Assembly: GCF_009914755.1 (NCBI RefSeq)
Contig: NC_060930.1
Strand: one strand, 5' to 3'
Source of the DNA: the human T2T-CHM13v2.0 reference genome, Homo sapiens
DNA length: 64,000 nucleotides
Each line of letters begins with the position of its first letter. Position 1 is the stretch's first letter. Under the pieces are notes generated by a model. It was not told the origin of the DNA and did not search any database. It was given only the letters and a program-made list of their open reading frames with translations. This document shows, one piece after another, positions 43,025 to 62,694 of the stretch. A program made the position numbers and the translations under genes.

Positions 43025-44252
43025 CTGGAACACACCAACACATTAACTTTCAAAAATGCATTATCATAATTATTTTAAAAATCTGATATGAAAGAAGAAA
43101 ACTCAATTGTGAGAGAAAAAGGCAAAGTACAAAAACTAGAAATAAACTATATTAAAAATTCACAGAGAACATGTCCAAGACGTTTTTATGGTGTTGTTGA
43201 TATAAAGCAGATGGATCAGGCAATTTTTCAGGCCATCATTTCATACTCTGAAGTATACAGTCACAGGAAATGCAGTCTTAGTTCTGTGGGACCTGCTGGG
43301 GGAAGGGGTGGCAGAGACTAACGGCTAACACACTGAATGCTTCCTACATTCTATGCCCTGTTCTACATGTAATCTCGTTTACCCCTCAGAAACCTAAGAG
43401 AAGGAACTATTGTTATCCCCATTCTACAGCTATGAAAATGTTTTTCTGAGCTGGATAGGCCCTTATGGAACATTTAGCTCAGTGATTTTCAAACTTTTAA
43501 AAAGTGACAGAATCCTTTTGTTAAAAAAAAAATCTTGTAACAGCCCCAACTTATAATACAAATAAAAGCGAAGCTGCTCTGTCTGAAGGGAAAGGTTGGC
43601 AGGAGGCCTCCCTTCATCTTCCAGAGTGGCCCTTGAAGCATCTCTGCTATATCCTGCGGAACCTATTTGAAAATCCTTTCATTTTAGAGATCAGGAAACC
43701 AAGGGCTAGAGAAGTAAAGGGATCTGTCTGAGATGAGGCAATGTGTAGAAAGTGATATGGCTGGGGCTAGAATCCTGGCTTCCTGGCTCCTCATCTAGTG
43801 CTTAAAGGGAAACATCAAAAAATAATTATGAGAAAATAAAATAATAAGAATAGCATGCATTTTAGGTTTTCAACTTTTCTGTTTACTTATTTCCTCTCTG
43901 ATCTGCGACCAAAGTGTCTCTTATCACTAATTTTAAAGATATATGTATATAATATTTATATTGGTTTATATAAATATACATGTATTTTTTGCCACTTCTA
44001 TAAACTTCTCTCTGAAAAGCAATCTTTAACCAAATCAGTGGTGAATAATGGAAACTTGGAGAGAATCAGTGGTTTGGGACATAATGGATTTTAAATAATT
44101 TACAGAACAAGTCATGGCAAATGGTTTAGATGTTTTATCAATCAGGTTACTTATTATGCTGACAGATTTCTGATGTGGGGTGATGGAGTTCACTCTCCGT
44201 TGAAGTACTGGCCAACTAGTTGGACTGGAATAAGACACTGGTCCAGTTTTTG

Positions 44253-44769
44253 TGTAGGGGAGAATAGATCACCTCCAACCCCCTTTTAGCTCTTAGTAGG
44301 CTCTTCAGCTGGATCTGGGAGCCAAACTGACACCAGGCAGATTAACAAGAGAAAAGTCTACAAATTTTATTAGTTTTACATGTACATGGGGATCTTTACA
44401 AGTAAGTGAAGTCCAAGGAAGTGGCCAAAGCAAGATGCTTTTATACATTTTTTGGCACAGAGTGCCAAAATGAGGAAAATGACAGGACAAGGAAAATCTG
44501 GCTAGAGGAAGTAAATTTTCTAGGGGAGTCACTGGAGATATATGGTGTGGGCGTCTGTAAAACAGATGGAAGATAAGGTAAATATGTTTATTTGGGTCCA
44601 CTGCAGTCTCCAATTCCAAGTCTTGGGTGATAAGCGCTGTTTTCTCACCTTGGTATGGAGAGGGTGCCCCTCCCAGAGGAATCTTGATCGCTTGCTGCAT
44701 GCAGGAAAAGACAAACCATGTCCTCTAATTTTTTTTTTTTTAGAAAAATAGAAAATTTTAATCTTTACA
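44253..44769 (-). mobile_element. Solo ERV1 LTR (MER34/MER39-like)
   Basis: tgtagggg...ctttaca termini; gacaccaggcagattaacaagagaaaa motif; reverse TATA and AATAAA. Confidence 0.6.
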
Positions 44770-45292
44770 TACAACTTGTCAAGACCCCTAACTGTTTTTA
44801 AAAAGTTCCCCCACCCCCCTCAAAATCTGTAGAGCATAAGTCTTGGCCTAAACTGACCTGATTTGTAAAATATCTTCCTCTCTGCACTTTTCCCTTCAGC
44901 CTGAGGCTCTTTGCTGATCCGCTCACAACAGAAGCAGCTTGGCTTTCCTCTGGTAGTACCACCAGCCCGCAAACCTAGAGTGTACTCTCCACCCCTGGGT
45001 CACAGAACTTCATTCTCCCCTGCTCTGTAACCCAAGGACCCTACAGCCTCTGAGGTCTAACACCCAAGCTCTTCCTTGCAGAAGAGCTGAGATGCTAAGG
45101 AGACTATTTGCAGCGTCATAATAAGCCCTTGATTTGTTGAGCTCCCACATAGCTTTCTTCAACCACCTGGCCCACTTCCTTCAACCACATTCCACTTTGG
45201 AATGCGTGTCTTTAAGGCACCAAGTGATCTTAAGAATTGGCTCTGTTTCTTTGAATCCAGTGATCCAAATTCCTATCTCAGTGAGACCTCCA

Positions 45293-45323
<31 letters not shown>

Positions 45324-45502
45324 TGGCTCTGCTCCTAAGGAATGTAAGGCCTGCCTTTTACACACCAGTTGTATTTAGTGACAGCTGGATGCCAGTCCAC
45401 ACCCCTTCAAGCACCTCACAGTCCCAAACAGGGTGCTCCTACAGGCCTCCCAGGGTCCTGTTAGTGGAAGAAAGGCAGCTCCAGGAAGTCTTCATCTAGC
45501 CT

Positions 45503-45670
45503 TCATGACGGGAAATAGTTAATCCTCTGGGAAATACGCTTGCAGTCCCGGGAAGAAAAGAGTTGTTCCTCCTTGGGGACATGCACCATCATCTTGGCAA
45601 TTTCATTCAGTGTCTCTTCTGTATGCAGGAGCTCCTAGCTCAGGAAGGCATCCTGTCCACACAGCCTCAT
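45503..45670 (-). pseudogene. Possible processed-pseudogene C-terminal fragment, parent unidentified
   Basis: Reads MRLCGQDAFLS*ELLHTEETLNEIAKMMVHVPKEEQLFSSRDCKRISQRINYFPS* with one internal TAG (45635-45637), followed by GC-richer UTR-like sequence towards ~44800. Confidence 0.4.
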
Positions 45671-46100
45671 GAGACTCCAATTTCTCCAAAGTTTTCACCT
45701 CTAAATAATCAATATACCAATCTGACACATTTTGGGATGGCATGTCCTTCACTCCTTCATAGGCAAAGGCACATTTAAGTGTCTTTTCTGTGTTTAAAAA
45801 ATTATCTTACATTGATTGACTGGTTCTGCTATTCTTTTTGCTTTTACTCATTACATAACATTTTCAACATTTCTCTGGAATGAAAATTAAAATGTTGCTG
45901 TCTTTTCCATAATTCAAACTTAATGCTAGTGCAGTGGCTCTAAGCTCACTCACCACCCACACCCCTTCCTCATGCTCTCCATAATCCACTATTGTCTTAC
46001 ATATACAGTTAACTGGGCCTGAAAGGCAGTTATCCTTGCTGCTGAATTTCTATTCATCCTGTGAGACCCACTTACATATCATTTCTTAGAGATATTGTCC

Positions 46101-46226
46101 TGTTTCCTTTATAAGAACTTGCCTAATACCATACTTATATCACTTACATACTAGTAAGGCATTTGTAAGTGATATAAATATGGTATTAGGCAAGTTCTTA
46201 TAAAGGAAACAAATGCCTTACTAGTA
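46101..46226. repeat. Interlocked inverted repeats A-B-A'-B' (48-bp arms with 1 mismatch; 15-bp arms perfect)
   Basis: 46101-46148 is the reverse complement of 46164-46211; 46149-46163 is the reverse complement of 46212-46226. Confidence 0.97.
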
Positions 46227-46909
46227 TTCTTATTTGGGATACGTCTATGTCTCTAATTCTTTCTAGATCAGACATGAGTGATTTCCTCTAACTTTCTCAT
46301 CTTCTTTGGAAATAAAGATTTAAAAGTTGCCTCAATGTTGCTTTTCTGCAGACACAGTCAGGTATTAACCTCTTACTGGCTAAAATAAATACCTTTTCAA
46401 TTTCCTCACTGACATTTGTATGTTCAATAAAACAACTCAAGTTTTCAGAATTTATACCACTGACCCCAACTCCTGCCACCCACAATAGGGTTCACTGAAG
46501 CTACTTTCATTCTGAATTTTTTTAAAAAGTGTGGTGAAAAGGTTTTTGCTTTTTCTGAATTGAATCTCTTGCCCTGGATTGTGAATGTTCCTTGGGAACT
46601 CATCAGTGAATCTCTAAGACCTATTCCAGGCCCATGATGCTTTGGACCTTCTCGAAATGAGGTAAACACTGTAGCCTGGACCATGGCCTACCACGGTAGA
46701 AAGCATCTCAAGACAGTCACTTTTTCATCATTTTCCATTCCTCTTTGGGCAGTAATATATTTGCAAGAGAAAGGGAAAATGGTAAATTATGCAAATAAAT
46801 ATTTTGAAGACACATTACTTAGTTAATTATGGCTATAACATGGTCGCCTTTAATTTTTACAAAATTACTTCAGTCTTGTAAGCCTAAGGCCTTAGGTTTT
46901 TTCTGACTA

Positions 46910-47150
46910 TCACTTATCCTATGCCTAACACATCCAGGCACCAGGTCAGGCACTTTAGTTATATTTGTTGTCTCTAATCCTAAAGCAGCCCTGAATGGTA
47001 GGCATCATTCATCCCATTTTAAAAATAGGAAACCAAAGGCAGAGAAGTTAAGTGATTGTCCAACATCATGCAGTTAGCAAGAAGTAGGACCAGGATTCAG
47101 TCAGGTCAGCCCGAATGCAAAGTCTGTGCTATTCGCACCACACCACACTG
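46910..47150 (-). mobile_element. MIR
   Basis: cccatttt...ggaaaccaaaggcagagaagttaagtgattgtccaa. Confidence 0.7.
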
Positions 47151-47300
47151 ACTGCTGAGGACACTGTATATATTATCCTCTCCAAGCAAACCATAAGTAG
47201 GAATTTAATAACTGAATCTGCTAATGCCTACTTCTTCTGCAAGATAACTCTTTGGCTTGCAAAATATAGTTGAGTATTTTGATCTTTTTTTAAGAAGTTA

Positions 47301-47552
<252 letters not shown>

Positions 47553-48950
47553 TTATTTTTTATACGTGTGTGTGTGTGTGTGTGTCTGTATTACTTTAAA
47601 ACTTGACTAGGAAAGGTAGTAAGATAGACAATGAAAAATATTCATGTTAGAGTAAGTGAAAATAACCATGTGATGAGAAAAAAAGATTAGGGGGCAATAC
47701 ATTCACAGTTGTTTCCACTACAGGAAAATAATAATCTGGTTTTTACATTTTCTTCTTTATACTTTTATTTTTCAAGTGTTATTTTTATAATCAAAAACAA
47801 GTAATGTTATGCTGTTGATGTGATTTCTGGTTCAGACAAAGGAAATTTTAAATGCTACTTAAAAGTTTCAACATGCTGCTAAATGGCTATGGTATGACCT
47901 ATCAAAAATGGACACTCAAATAGAAATAAAAATACATTGGCACCGCCTTGTCACTCATCAGTGAGTGATCATGGACAAGCACTCTGGAGCCTAATTTCCT
48001 CACAGGACCTTGGAGTCAGGTATACAACCTGTCCAATGTATCAAACTATCAAAATTTATACAAAAGGACATTGTTACAGTAATGATAACCACAGTCACAA
48101 AAAAGATACAATTAGTTATCATTTTAGTTACCCATGTCTCTATGTAATTACAGACATTTGCATGGTATGTAAATCCAACATTGGCATTTTAAAATTAATC
48201 CTTAAAATATTCTGTGATTTAACAATTTTTATTCCCATTGAAGCGCATAAAGGAAAAGAGTGTTATCTTGATCACAGGGCCAATAAATGATAGGAAAATC
48301 TCAAGCATGATCTTTACCATCTAAATCCCATTCTTTTTAATATTCCATGAACAAGGCAAAAGTATATTAGGCATTATTTAATTCCACCCAAAGAGATTAA
48401 AAACCCCAAAGGCAAATGATAGGGTAAATTCTAGATATCTCAAAACCCTTCATCTTAAAATAATTTGAGCAATCTTATTTTTGAAATTAGACAAACTAGC
48501 TAGGTCTAATATTGCTCACATTTCTAATGTTCATCCTGCTCTTTCTATTCCCACAGTACGTTTTTCATGAGTCTCAGGACTTATTTCTAATGTTATGATT
48601 TATAAACTTTCTCTGTAATTTCAATCACATAAAATATTACTTTAATCACAGGAAGCATTCATACATATGAACAAAGAAAGTAATAAATAAAAATGAAATT
48701 AGTTGTTTAGGAGAGTAAGAACTACAGGTAACTTTCCCTTAAAACTTCAGGTAAAGTTTTCATCTTTTTTTTTTTTTTTTTTTGGAGAAAGAAATAAAAG
48801 AGAACAAAATGGAAAGAGGAAGAAATGGCTTGGCATACTGAATTCATACAGTATATCCTAAAACAATCACCAAACTCATTATGTGGAATTTAGGACATAT
48901 GTTGATAAAGCCAGAGGTGTCATTTGCAACTCTGCCCATGACTCACATAT

Positions 48951-49398
48951 TATATTAGTCTTGGTTCTCTAGAGAAACAGAACTAATAAGACAGATAGAT
49001 ATATAGGGAAGTTTATTAAGGAGTGTTAACTCACACAATCATAAGGTCCCACAATAGGCTGTTTGCAAGCTGAGGAGCAAGGAAACCAGCCCCAGTCCCA
49101 AAGCCGAAGAACTTGGAGTTCAATGTTCGAGAACAGGAAGCATCTAGCATGGGAGAAGCAGGTAGGCTGGGAGGCTAAGTCAATTTAGCCTTTTCATGTT
49201 TTTCTGCCTGCTTTATATCCTGGCTGGGCTGGCAGTTGATTAGATGATGACCACCCAGATTAAGGGTGGGTCTGCCTTTCCCAGCCTTCTGACTCAAATG
49301 TTAATCTCCTTCACAGACACACCCTCACAGACACACCCAGGATCAACATTTTTCATCCTTCAACCCAACTGAGTTGACATTCAGTATGAACCATCATA
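48951..49398 (-). mobile_element. Solo HERVL LTR (MLT2A-like)
   Basis: tatattagtc...gttctctagag...ccatcata; TSD catat/aatat. Confidence 0.8.
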
Positions 49399-50885
49399 AA
49401 TATCAATACAAATGTCTGTTGATCAAGCATTTTAAGAACCATAGGGCAGAATCTGGAACATTTCTGGTATTTCCTATAAAGACATCACAGACTATTGGAC
49501 CTAAATCAGTAATCATCCACTATAAGTCAATAAGAAAGATACTTCAAAAGGAACAATGAACTAAACGTCAATTGAAACTTACTTCTATGATTTTTAAAGT
49601 ACTGAGAGAGGAAAAGCTTTCCTAGGAGACCAGAACTGTCAGCCAGATGACCTTAGTCTAACAGACCAAAATACAAGTAGAGGACACACCATCCTTATTT
49701 CTAAACTTTTGCCTTGTCAAAATTCCCTAGAGAAGCAACTACGGCCTATCTATTTTCAAAGAGGCATTGAGAAAGGGAAAAAAGTCACTTTCTATCACTT
49801 CTAACATAAATGGTGAAATTGAGAATGAATCAAACCAATCAATATCAAGAAAAGAACCTGAGTAAATAGAAAGGTGATATAGTCTTCTAGGAAACATGGA
49901 GGTCGTTTAATGTAACACAGGTTAAAATGACAATAGAAATGATATAACAACTCTACCAAAATTAAAATATTTAAAAGGAATCCAAAATATTATTGTGTAG
50001 AGAAGAAAAAATGGTATGTATGAGAGAGCTCAAGATGAAAATATTTAACTTAAACCTCGTTTCTCATATTTTAGTAGATAATTTGAACTCTTCAACCCTA
50101 GAAGAACCTAAGAAAGCAAAGAGCCTATTAAAGATATTGAAATATTATGTTGCTTATACCTGTAAATTTTAGATGCTCACTTTCAAAGCTACGCCAATGA
50201 TATGTCCATCAATTTAAGCTCACAAACTAGCAAAACAAGCAAATTGCAACAACTTAGTGATAGAATTTTTATAAACATTCACCTATTTAATACATAACCA
50301 AAATTTTAAAATTCTTATAAGCCATTCTTAGGAATACAACATTTTGAAACATCTAAATATATTGGAATGTCTGTTCTGATGAGCCATATTGACTGCATTA
50401 TACTTAGAATATTTCAAAAGCATTAATTAAATAAAAATAGACCCTGAAAAAATGCACAAACTACTGTTTGTCCAAATAAAGTTCATTAAGTAATGAACAG
50501 TATCCATAAGAAAATTTTTCTTTGAAAATGACAGAAGAAAAATTTGACCCTTTCAAATTACAAATGCCAAAATTGGTCTTTAATTCTCTTTGAATTAAAG
50601 GGATCTTGAGAGAATTTAAGTACACAATTCCTGAATGCTATGCCTTTCAAACTTTGCCCATATGACTGTAAGTTTGTCAAGGTAAATCTCCCACACATCA
50701 GAAAGCATTGGGAAAATGGTTCTCATTTAAATAAGATACCAATAAGGCAGTCTCAAAATTAAATGTATTACTTCATGCCAAAAAATAAGAAATGTTGTCT
50801 TTTATAAATGCTTGTATCATTGCAAGACAGCAGTCACTAAGAACACAGAAATTAGACTGGGAACACTTTCATTAAAGAAGAGAAC

Positions 50886-51186
<301 letters not shown>

Positions 51187-51734
51187 GAGGAGAATCCACC
51201 CTACAAACAAGCCTGTCAGAAACTTCATAATTAGAAGTGATATAATTAAGAACATAATAATTAGAAGTCTATCTAAAGAGGCCAGCTACTTCTTCAGATT
51301 TTAAAGAACTTTTCATTATGGAAAATTTCAAATACAAATTCAAAAATAAGAGAGAAAAGTGTAATGAACCCATGTACCCAAGACCCAGCTTCAAGCCATC
51401 ATTCTCACATGGCCAACTTTGTTTCATTTGTATCTCCACACGCCCCCAACCCCTCTGAATTATTTTGGAGGAAATCCCAGACAACATATCATTCATTTCA
51501 TGAGGAAATAATTCAGTATGTATCTTTAAAGATAGATTCTTTTAAAAAGAATATCCACAATATAATTTATTACACTTTGAAAAAAGTAACAATTCTTTCA
51601 TATCAGGTCTGTAGTTAGTGCTCAAATATCCTCAACCGCCTCATTATTTTTTTTTACAGTTTGAGTTTGGACTAAATAAGATCCATATATTGCAACTGAT
51701 CGGTATGTCTTTTAAGGCATTCCTCATCTGTATG

Positions 51735-51985
51735 CCACATATTGTTTGATTCCATTTATATAAAATGCTCAGAATAGGCAAATCCATAAAGACAGAAAGC
51801 AGATTAGGGGTTGTCAGGGGCTGGAAGGAGGAATGGGGAGTGATTGCTAGTGGGCAGAGTTTCATTTTAGGGAGACGGAAATATTCTGAAACTAGATAGT
51901 GATAGTGGCACAACCTTGTGAATATACTTAAAAACCACTGAATTGTACCCTTTAAAAGAACAAATTTTATGGTATGTATATCATA
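51735..51985 (+). mobile_element. L1MB/L1ME 3' end fragment
   Basis: tgattccatttatataaaatg...aataggcaaatccata...ccactgaattgtac. Confidence 0.7.
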
Positions 51986-52399
51986 TTTAAATTTAACAAA
52001 AAAAGAATTTGTGGAAAAATTAAATCAGTTCTAGGGATACCTATAGATCTATTCAGCTCTTTCTTATCAAGACAGATGGATGCTGAATGCACTGATTTAA
52101 TTATGTAACAGTGAGCTAGGAGAACTAGTAAATATTCCCAACAGAAACTCAAACATATTATGGTTGCTATTGTAATTAATTCTAGAAAATTTTTACTTGC
52201 AAACAAAATGTGAGACAAACTGGTCTCTATACTATGTAGTTCACCACCTTAAAAATATTTTTTTCATTTTTTTCATTTTATTAATCTTTTATTTCCATTC
52301 CCTGCCTCAAATGGGAAAATCAAGCCCCACATGATTTACTCTGTCGAGCTGGCATCTGCTCTCCCTTGTCCTTCACTTTTTCCATTTTAAATATTTAAA

Positions 52400-53520
52400 C
52401 CATTTCTTCCCACTTTTTGTTCTGAGATAATTGTAGAGTCACATGCATTTGTAAGAAATACAGAGATGCTGTCTATCCTTCACCCTGCTTCCCCTAATGG
52501 TAACATTCTGGATAACTACATCAACATTGATATAATTCACCAACCTTTTTTAAACCTCATGTTTAAACATGCATTCATTTGTGTGTGTCTATGTGTATTT
52601 ACTTCTAGGCAATTATTTCACATGTGCAGACTCGTGTGACCACATTAACACTGAATAGCCAACATACAGAACAGTTCCATTACGAGCATCTCTTAAGATA
52701 ACTCTTTAGAGGCACAACCACCTCCCTTCCCCATCGCCTCCACTCCCTACCCCCTGGCAACCACTAATCTGTTCTTCATCTCTATAATTTTGTTATTTCA
52801 AGAATGTTACATAAGTAGAATCATATAATATGTAGTCTTTTTTTATAACTCACCATAATTCCCTCGGGATTCATCCAAGTAATTGTATCAACAGTTCATA
52901 TTTTTTTTCTTTTTTAAAAAGAGATGGGGTCCTGCTCTGTCACCTAGGCTGGAGTGCAGTGGCGTGATCATAGCTCACTGCAGTTTTGAATTCCTGGGCT
53001 CAAGTGATCCTCCCACCTTAACCTCCTGAGAAGCTGATTCTAGAGGTGTGCACTGTTACACCAGGCTAAGTTTAAAAAAAAAAAATTTAAGAGATGGATC
53101 ACTATATTATCAAGGCTAGTTTCAAACTCCTGGCCTCAAGCAATCCTCCCACCTCAGTCTCCAGAATAGGTGCAATTACAGGCTACTCAACTCCATACCT
53201 AGCTTTCATTCCTTTTTATAACTGAGTAAATTTCCATGGAATATAATCACAGTTGTTTATCCATTCATCTACTGAAGGACATTTGGGCTGATTCAGTTTG
53301 GGGCTATTATAAATAATAGCTACGAGCTGCTATGAACATCTGTGTACAGGTTTTAGGGTGAACATTAAGTTTTCATTTCTCCAGGATAAAAGGCCCCAAA
53401 ATGCAATTGCTGGGTCATATGATAAGCACATGCTTAAAAAGTTCTTAATTTTAATGTAATCAAGTTTTTGTATTTTTAAAGCTTACCACTTTTTGTGTCC
53501 TGTTTAAGAAATCTTTGCCA
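52400..53520 (-). mobile_element. Old L1M 3' fragment interrupted by an AluJ (~52901-53200, minus)
   Basis: cccctggcaaccactaatctg and ccattcatctactgaaggacatttggg motifs; reverse Alu dimer inside. Confidence 0.7.
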
Positions 53521-53657
53521 AATCTCATATTGTACTGCATTCTCCCCCTTTTAACCTCCCTCACCTCTCCCTATTTCCCCTGCCCCCCACCCCATCACTG
53601 ATCTCTCACTATCCACTGACCACTCTCTGCCCTCAAATCAACTGCTCTGGGACTAAT

Positions 53658-53665
53658 AATTCACT

Positions 53666-53671
<6 letters not shown>
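53658..53671. repeat. Target-site duplication, left copy (aattcactctcttt)
   Basis: Identical to 57366-57379. Confidence 0.95.
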
Positions 53672-53705
<34 letters not shown>

Positions 53706-53707
<2 letters not shown>

Positions 53708-53732
53708 TAGATTTTATCTCATTTTATTGTTA
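53706..53732 (-). other. 27-nt 3' transduction TAACAATAAAATGAGATAAAATCTACT between A20 and A34-37 tracts
   Basis: Non-L1 sequence inside the TSDs; AATAAA (53723-53728) lies 17 nt before the distal poly(A). Confidence 0.88.
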
Positions 53733-53957
53733 TTTTTTTTTTTTTTTTTTTTATTATACTCTAAGTTTTAGGGTACATGTGCACATTGTGCAGGTTAGTT
53801 ACATATGTATACATGTGCCATGCTGGTGCGCTGCACCCACTAATGTGTCATCTAGCATTAGGTATATCTCCCAATGCTATCCCTCCCCCCTCCCCCGACC
53901 CCACCACAGTCCCCAGAGTGTGATATTCCCCTTCCTGTGTCCATGTGATCTCATTGT

Positions 53958-57379
<3,422 letters not shown>

Positions 57380-57939
57380 AATGGCTATATAACACATCAA
57401 GGTGTGTATGTCTAAAATACTATACCTTGGTTATCTTTTCTCCCAGTTTTCTTTTCCTGCTATGAACAATATTACAATAATGTCCTTGCTTACATTTCTT
57501 TACATTCTGGTACTTTGATTTGTTTGGAATAGAATCTCAAGAGTGGTAATATCAGATTGAGGTGTATATGCATTTTTTAATTTTAATAGATATTTCTGGA
57601 AAGTCTGTGCCAATTCACATTTTCACAACCAGTCATCAGAGTACTCTTTGCCCCATACTCCTGCCAACAGTGAACTAACAGTTGGGGTTTTTAAAGTTTG
57701 ATGGAAGTAAAATTATTCTGTGCTATATATCTGGTTTATATTTGCTTAATTCTAGTGAACTAGAGTTTCTTTTCATATATTTGTTGGCTGTTTGGATTTG
57801 CTTTCTGTGAATTACATTTTAAAAATTTTATCTTATTTTCAAATTTTGTTGAGTCATTTGCAGAGGTGCTTCATTGCACAACTTCAGGAATGCCATCAGT
57901 AGCCTCAATTATTAGGCCTTTTCTCATCAGTTTGTAAGC

Positions 57940-59450
<1,511 letters not shown>

Positions 59451-59526
59451 TTTTTAAGTAGTGATTTTTAAACCATTTTGAAGGTCATAGGCCTCAATGA
59501 CAATATAGTTAAAACTAGGGACTCTG

Positions 59527-59959
<433 letters not shown>

Positions 59960-60557
59960 TTATATAAATAGAATCATACAACATGTGGCCTTTTTGGTCT
60001 GGCTTCTTTCACTTAGCATAATGTTTTCAAGATTTATGGACCCCTGAGTAAGGATCGCTGCTTTTCAGTCAAAATTCTCTTTTTCTAATTTACTATTTTC
60101 TGACAAAATAATTAAAACAGTTCCATTTTGAACTAACTTCTAATTATATATCATAATATTTGTTAGCACATTAATAAATATAACCATTTAGGAAAAGTTT
60201 TCAGAAATAAGGTCTTTTGGCTCACATTTTTACTATGTTCTATTACATTACCAGAGGAAATCAGTTAAAAACTTAGGAGGCTGAGAAACGCATTTCTAAT
60301 CCTCTAATCACCCTCCTAAGTAAGTGGCAGTCAAAGTATGTGGGTTGAGACATAATAAATTAGGTCCACTCTAATAACATTCTCATAAATAAATCTGACA
60401 CTTGGCATTACTAGATTCCCTGTCCCATAGGGGCCAAACTCAGCTGACACTTTCATTAATCAGCATTACCCACTCTGTCCCAAAGTGGAAGTCCTTTGCC
60501 AGTGTGAATGCAAAGTGTTTAGGATGCATAAGGTACAAAGCAAGGATTAAAGATGTT

Positions 60558-60714
<157 letters not shown>

Positions 60715-62694
60715 TGATGTCTTTTTTAAGTTTATTTTTGCCAGAAAGAATTTTTAAAAAACATGTCAGGAAATATATTTAATTTATTAATATTGATATT
60801 ACTGGTATTGATAAAATGGCATTATTTATAGAAGCTTTATTTGGAGTTGCATTAGAGGTATTCAAAATGTTTGACGCTTTCTTCTTTGATGATGTCCTAG
60901 ACCTGGTATAACAAATAGGTTCTCTTCATTTTTCACTTCAAATTGGTTGGCAGTGATTGTGTTGAAATAGATGGTGAGACCAGAGATAGATGGTGAAACC
61001 ACATCTGGTTTCAGCAGAAAAGAGAGAGATGATCTAGCAGAGCTCTCTCAGCCCATGCCTTCAGAACGGGGTGGGTTCTGGTTGTTTGCATCATATGCAA
61101 CCACAGAGTTCCATTCCTACCCTCACAGAGTACCATCATCTTCAGTATCCTTGGCTTCCCTTTATACCTCTTCCCAAGTCTATCCTCAGATGCCCTTCCT
61201 TTGGAAACCCAGATACCGTTCTTTCACAAGAGGGCACTTGGCAATGGTATAACTCAATTCACATGAATAAGGCCTGACCAATCTTGGTATCTTAGCTACT
61301 AGTGACTGAATTTCATAACCCTAAGTCATAAGTGGATTTCTCTGACCCATTAGAAGACAAATCCTAATGACTAAGAATTCTGTCCCTCCCTCCATGGGAA
61401 GAGATGAGAATCCAAATACCAAGATCTCATGCTACCTGTGCAAGAGCCCTTGATTTTGGAAAAAGCCCTCAAGTTTAAGCCTTTAGACCTTTTGTGAAGT
61501 CACATGTCAATGTAACTCTAGTAGAGTTGATTTTAAGTCTGCTCTTAAAAATAATCATATAAAAATATAAGCTATATGTTGGAAATACCCTGGTTTTAGT
61601 TCAGATACTTAAAAATGGTACATAATTCTACAAATTTAAATGTACATAAAAATATAGCTTGGTGTTCTTTGTTGTACCATTTATGTTGCAGACTGCTATA
61701 ATTTCAAGAAGTTATATAAATAAAATGATGCACTTTAGGACATTTTCTATTTTTGAAATCTGAACATGAATCATTCACATAACCAAAAATTATATTTTTA
61801 AAAAGAAATACATGTCTAGTCTATCCTTCTAAAGTAACTGTTCTCTTAAATGAGCTATGATAGAAATAAAATCATTACCAGTTAACTTTGAAAACACATA
61901 TGTTTAACAGTATTGTTTTAAAGAATATGCTATAAAATTATTTTAAAAAGCTATATAAATGAGAAGCTACTAATGTTCTGAAATCTGTTGTTTCTACCAC
62001 AGGTAAAAGCTTATTCAGGAATCCCCAAAGTTGTACGACTGAATAAAAGACAACACCACATTATAGTACAAAAGACAAAAAAACAAGACAAAACTGGCCA
62101 CACCCATTTTATGCAAAGTAGGAGAATCAATTTCCCAAGTTATTTGGCATAGAGAAAAATTCATTTCTAGCAACTTGGATTTGATTCTCCTATAAGAATT
62201 TGATTTGTATGCACCTAGATAAAATAAATATAACCAACAAAATCTATCAGGTCAGTCCTGACAATCTCCTAAATTTTATATCTGCTATTAACTCATTAAC
62301 TGACTTGCAGAGAGGTCTGATTATTGAAACTGGAAAATATACTCCAGTTTTATTCACAGACTTTATGCACTAAAAGGCATCTCCTCCCCGAAGAGCACCT
62401 TGAGTTGAAGAGAAAAATGTTTGCTAAATTTTTCCGAGGTAGAACAAAATATTTTTAAATGGCAGCTTTAAAACCTAAGAAGAATTTCATTGAAACTTCC
62501 GAAGGCCACTATTTTTTATTAAAAATGATAGAATTCTTAGCTTCTTTCCTTGTCACCACACCCTTAAAATGAGCTATCTCTGATAGCTGGATTTCATTAA
62601 TCCACATTCTGTTCATTTTGAAGAGGCTAGCCTCAGTATTTGGTTCCAAGGTATAAAAAAGACACTTAAAATGTGAGTAATCATCCCTGTACAG

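Noticed and set aside
45292-45319. Long A run as the tail of a plus-strand retroinsertion
   Set aside because: No upstream AATAAA or flanking TSD found; better read as a homopolymer inside the putative minus-strand UTR.
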